DNA of 64,000 bases from Ophelia neglecta (Eukaryota). The stretch is from NCBI GenBank assembly GCA_965285935.1, contig OZ260666.1, positions 65,534,001-65,598,000 of the forward strand, written 5' to 3'. The notes under the pieces are model-generated. The model did not search any database and was not told the DNA's origin. It worked only from the letters and a program-made list of their open reading frames with translations. The position numbers and the translations under genes are program-made. Positions 61,861-64,000 of the stretch are shown here, piece after piece (within the stretch, counting starts at the first letter, position 1; each line of letters begins with the position of its first letter).

Positions 61861-64000
61861 TTCCTTACCCAACATGACTGAGCCTCTTTCTGAACATCCT
61901 AGATCAGCCCCAGGTCACTTATATGCAGTGTTTAATTATTAATGCATTGTCAGTAGGAAATCTGCTAAAAATAATCCTCTTATTTCTCCATCTCTGTCAT
62001 TTTCCATCAGATAGTCGATATTTCAACTTTCTGGAGCTTTTGGCTCTTCCCATAGGCTATTCTCTGACATTGCCATGGCAACTACACATGTATTATGTTT
62101 AAAAAGTTCTTTTATTGGGAATAACTGTGAATCCCTTCAGTAAAAGTTCAGTACCACTGTGTATGATTGCAAAATGACAATGGTTATATGTCTTGTTTAT
62201 GCTGCATGCAGAGATATCCTGATGTCATTGGCATGTTTAGGAAATCCCTAGATGCTGAATATCCATATGAAACTTTGCTTGTAATGTGAATTTTAAGTTT
62301 TCTTTTCAATGTTAACCATAACCAAGATTTAGGTTTAAGAAATATAAATGGATCAGTGACAGTGAACTCTTCTAGCACCTTCTGCGATATTATAACAATG
62401 GCTGAAGGACCATATATGAGCAAAGGTCGACATTATTGATGCTGTTACTGTGTGTAGGTCAATTAGTTAAGCAATAATATAACATGAAATCTGATTAGAA
62501 TTTTCCCGATTTTCATCGTCTTAGATGAAACATGGTGTTTTTTGTCATGTGGATGTGTCTGTCTGTCAATCAGATAACTTTAAAAGCATTTATCTAATTC
62601 TGATTAATTTTGGTCACATTTTCATTATGCCGCCAGTTGATTCAATTTTAGTTGAACTTTAGTTAGAAAAATTAAGGTCACAGTGCAACTGTGTATGCCC
62701 TTACACTGTGGATGGGCTGAGGTCAATGTATCTCACTGGATACCCATCTACAGGTAATTCAAATGTTGTATATTAACAGGCTTTTGTATGGGGTGTCAAG
62801 AGATTTAAAGGCCAGCAATGTTTATACCATATGTGGCCTGCCTAACCTAATTGATGGGTCTTTTTTGTTCTAAAAAAGGGTGCATTGTGCATATTGTGTC
62901 GCTTTGCATTACTTCTCAGGTACTCTTGTGGTTGACAACTAATTTAAATGCCATTTCTATCAAAACTAGCTTCAAAGATTAATGACAGCTTTACTTCACA
63001 TCCTTTTCTGATTTAAAAAATAAACCTTTTTGATTGCCTTCCATGATATTTAGACTCCAACAATCAAACTTCAGAGTGTGCCACAAAAACATTTTTTCAG
63101 TCAAAATTACTGATGGATTGATTTGTCTTCATGTTGCGAAGCATTATTATTTAGGACATGTTATTTAAAGAGTGCCTTGAATAATACATTGTGGCCTCGG
63201 GCATGGTGAATCCTTCTACGGATGTTCCCTGAAGAAATTGGATATCCCCACCAATGCAGCTTATTAATTATTCATGGCAAAGTCCTGAAAAAATAATGAG
63301 TAGAAATAGCGCAAATACTGGAATGTGCCTCGAGTGGGCTGTCAAGGCTTCAGTAGCAGGCACCATTGATTTTGGAGGGGGAAAGAGTGTTCAAATGTTT
63401 GCCAACCAAGGATTAGAAGCCCCATCCCCATAGAATCATGCTTCAGCATTGGGCTTCAATGATGTAAAGTGACTTTTAGTTGGTTTTCCTGACCTGAGTG
63501 ATGATAAATAGGTCAAATGTAAGGTCTGGTGCTGTGCATATATGACATTTATGGTGTTCTTGGGTTCTAAGCAAACTCATGTTGTAGGCTATCATATGTT
63601 TAGTTTAGTGTTGAATCAAAGAAAGTCATATCAAAGGAATTGACTCTTTTTTAATGGGTCATGTACTCAAATACAGAAAAAAGGCCCGTCATTTCTAAAC
63701 TGGATGAATATTTCTCAATGCTTTTTAAATCTACTGCTTTTTGCTTGACAGATTTTAAACTCAGGAAGCTTGTTCACAGGTAGGCTAATATCCTTGGACT
63801 GATGAGGATTATCACTGTCAGGGGAACCGGGCACTCAAGTGAACTATTCTGTATATTTACTGGATATATCTTTGAAATGGTCTTTCCAAGATCAAATGAA
63901 TTGACAATGGTAAACCCAAATTCTGTAGTAATTCACCAAGACTTTTCCAAAATAATGGATTTATACTTTTAACCCCCTCCCCCCCCCCCTGCCCTCCTCC

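Noticed and set aside
58176-64000. Next harmonin exon (expected G.E.G.GIF(I/V)S...)
   Set aside because: Candidate acceptors at ~62010, ~62919 and ~63751 give early stops or no PDZ similarity; the exon probably lies beyond the window.

Overview
Eukaryotic, AT-rich, intron-rich animal genomic DNA (invertebrate bilaterian, probably a lophotrochozoan such as a mollusc; the taxon is an inference). It is not prokaryotic, so most short six-frame ORFs are noise. Reading splice sites by hand gives five protein-coding genes. (1) Liprin-alpha (PPFIA): first coding exon on the minus strand (28817-29056), followed by an intron that apparently covers all of 1-28816. (2) A complete 5-exon TMEM183 gene (+, 30830-35623, 365 aa), head-to-head with liprin-alpha across an NRF1/YY1-type promoter. 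(3) A complete 4-exon gene I do not recognise (-, 38484-39914, 203 aa). It encodes a Gly/Arg-rich N-terminus, an Ala/Val/Gly hydrophobic stretch, a Pro/Tyr/Gln region with PPxY motifs and a C-terminal LIR-like DWELL motif. (4) A C2H2 zinc-finger gene with a single coding exon (-, 40811-43183, 790 aa) ending in an Ikaros/Hunchback-type finger pair. (5) The first four coding exons of harmonin/USH1C (+, 46232-58175), which continues beyond the window. The rest is introns containing minisatellites (19, ~30, 35 and 51-52 bp units), several non-autonomous TIR elements and a decayed non-LTR reverse-transcriptase fragment.
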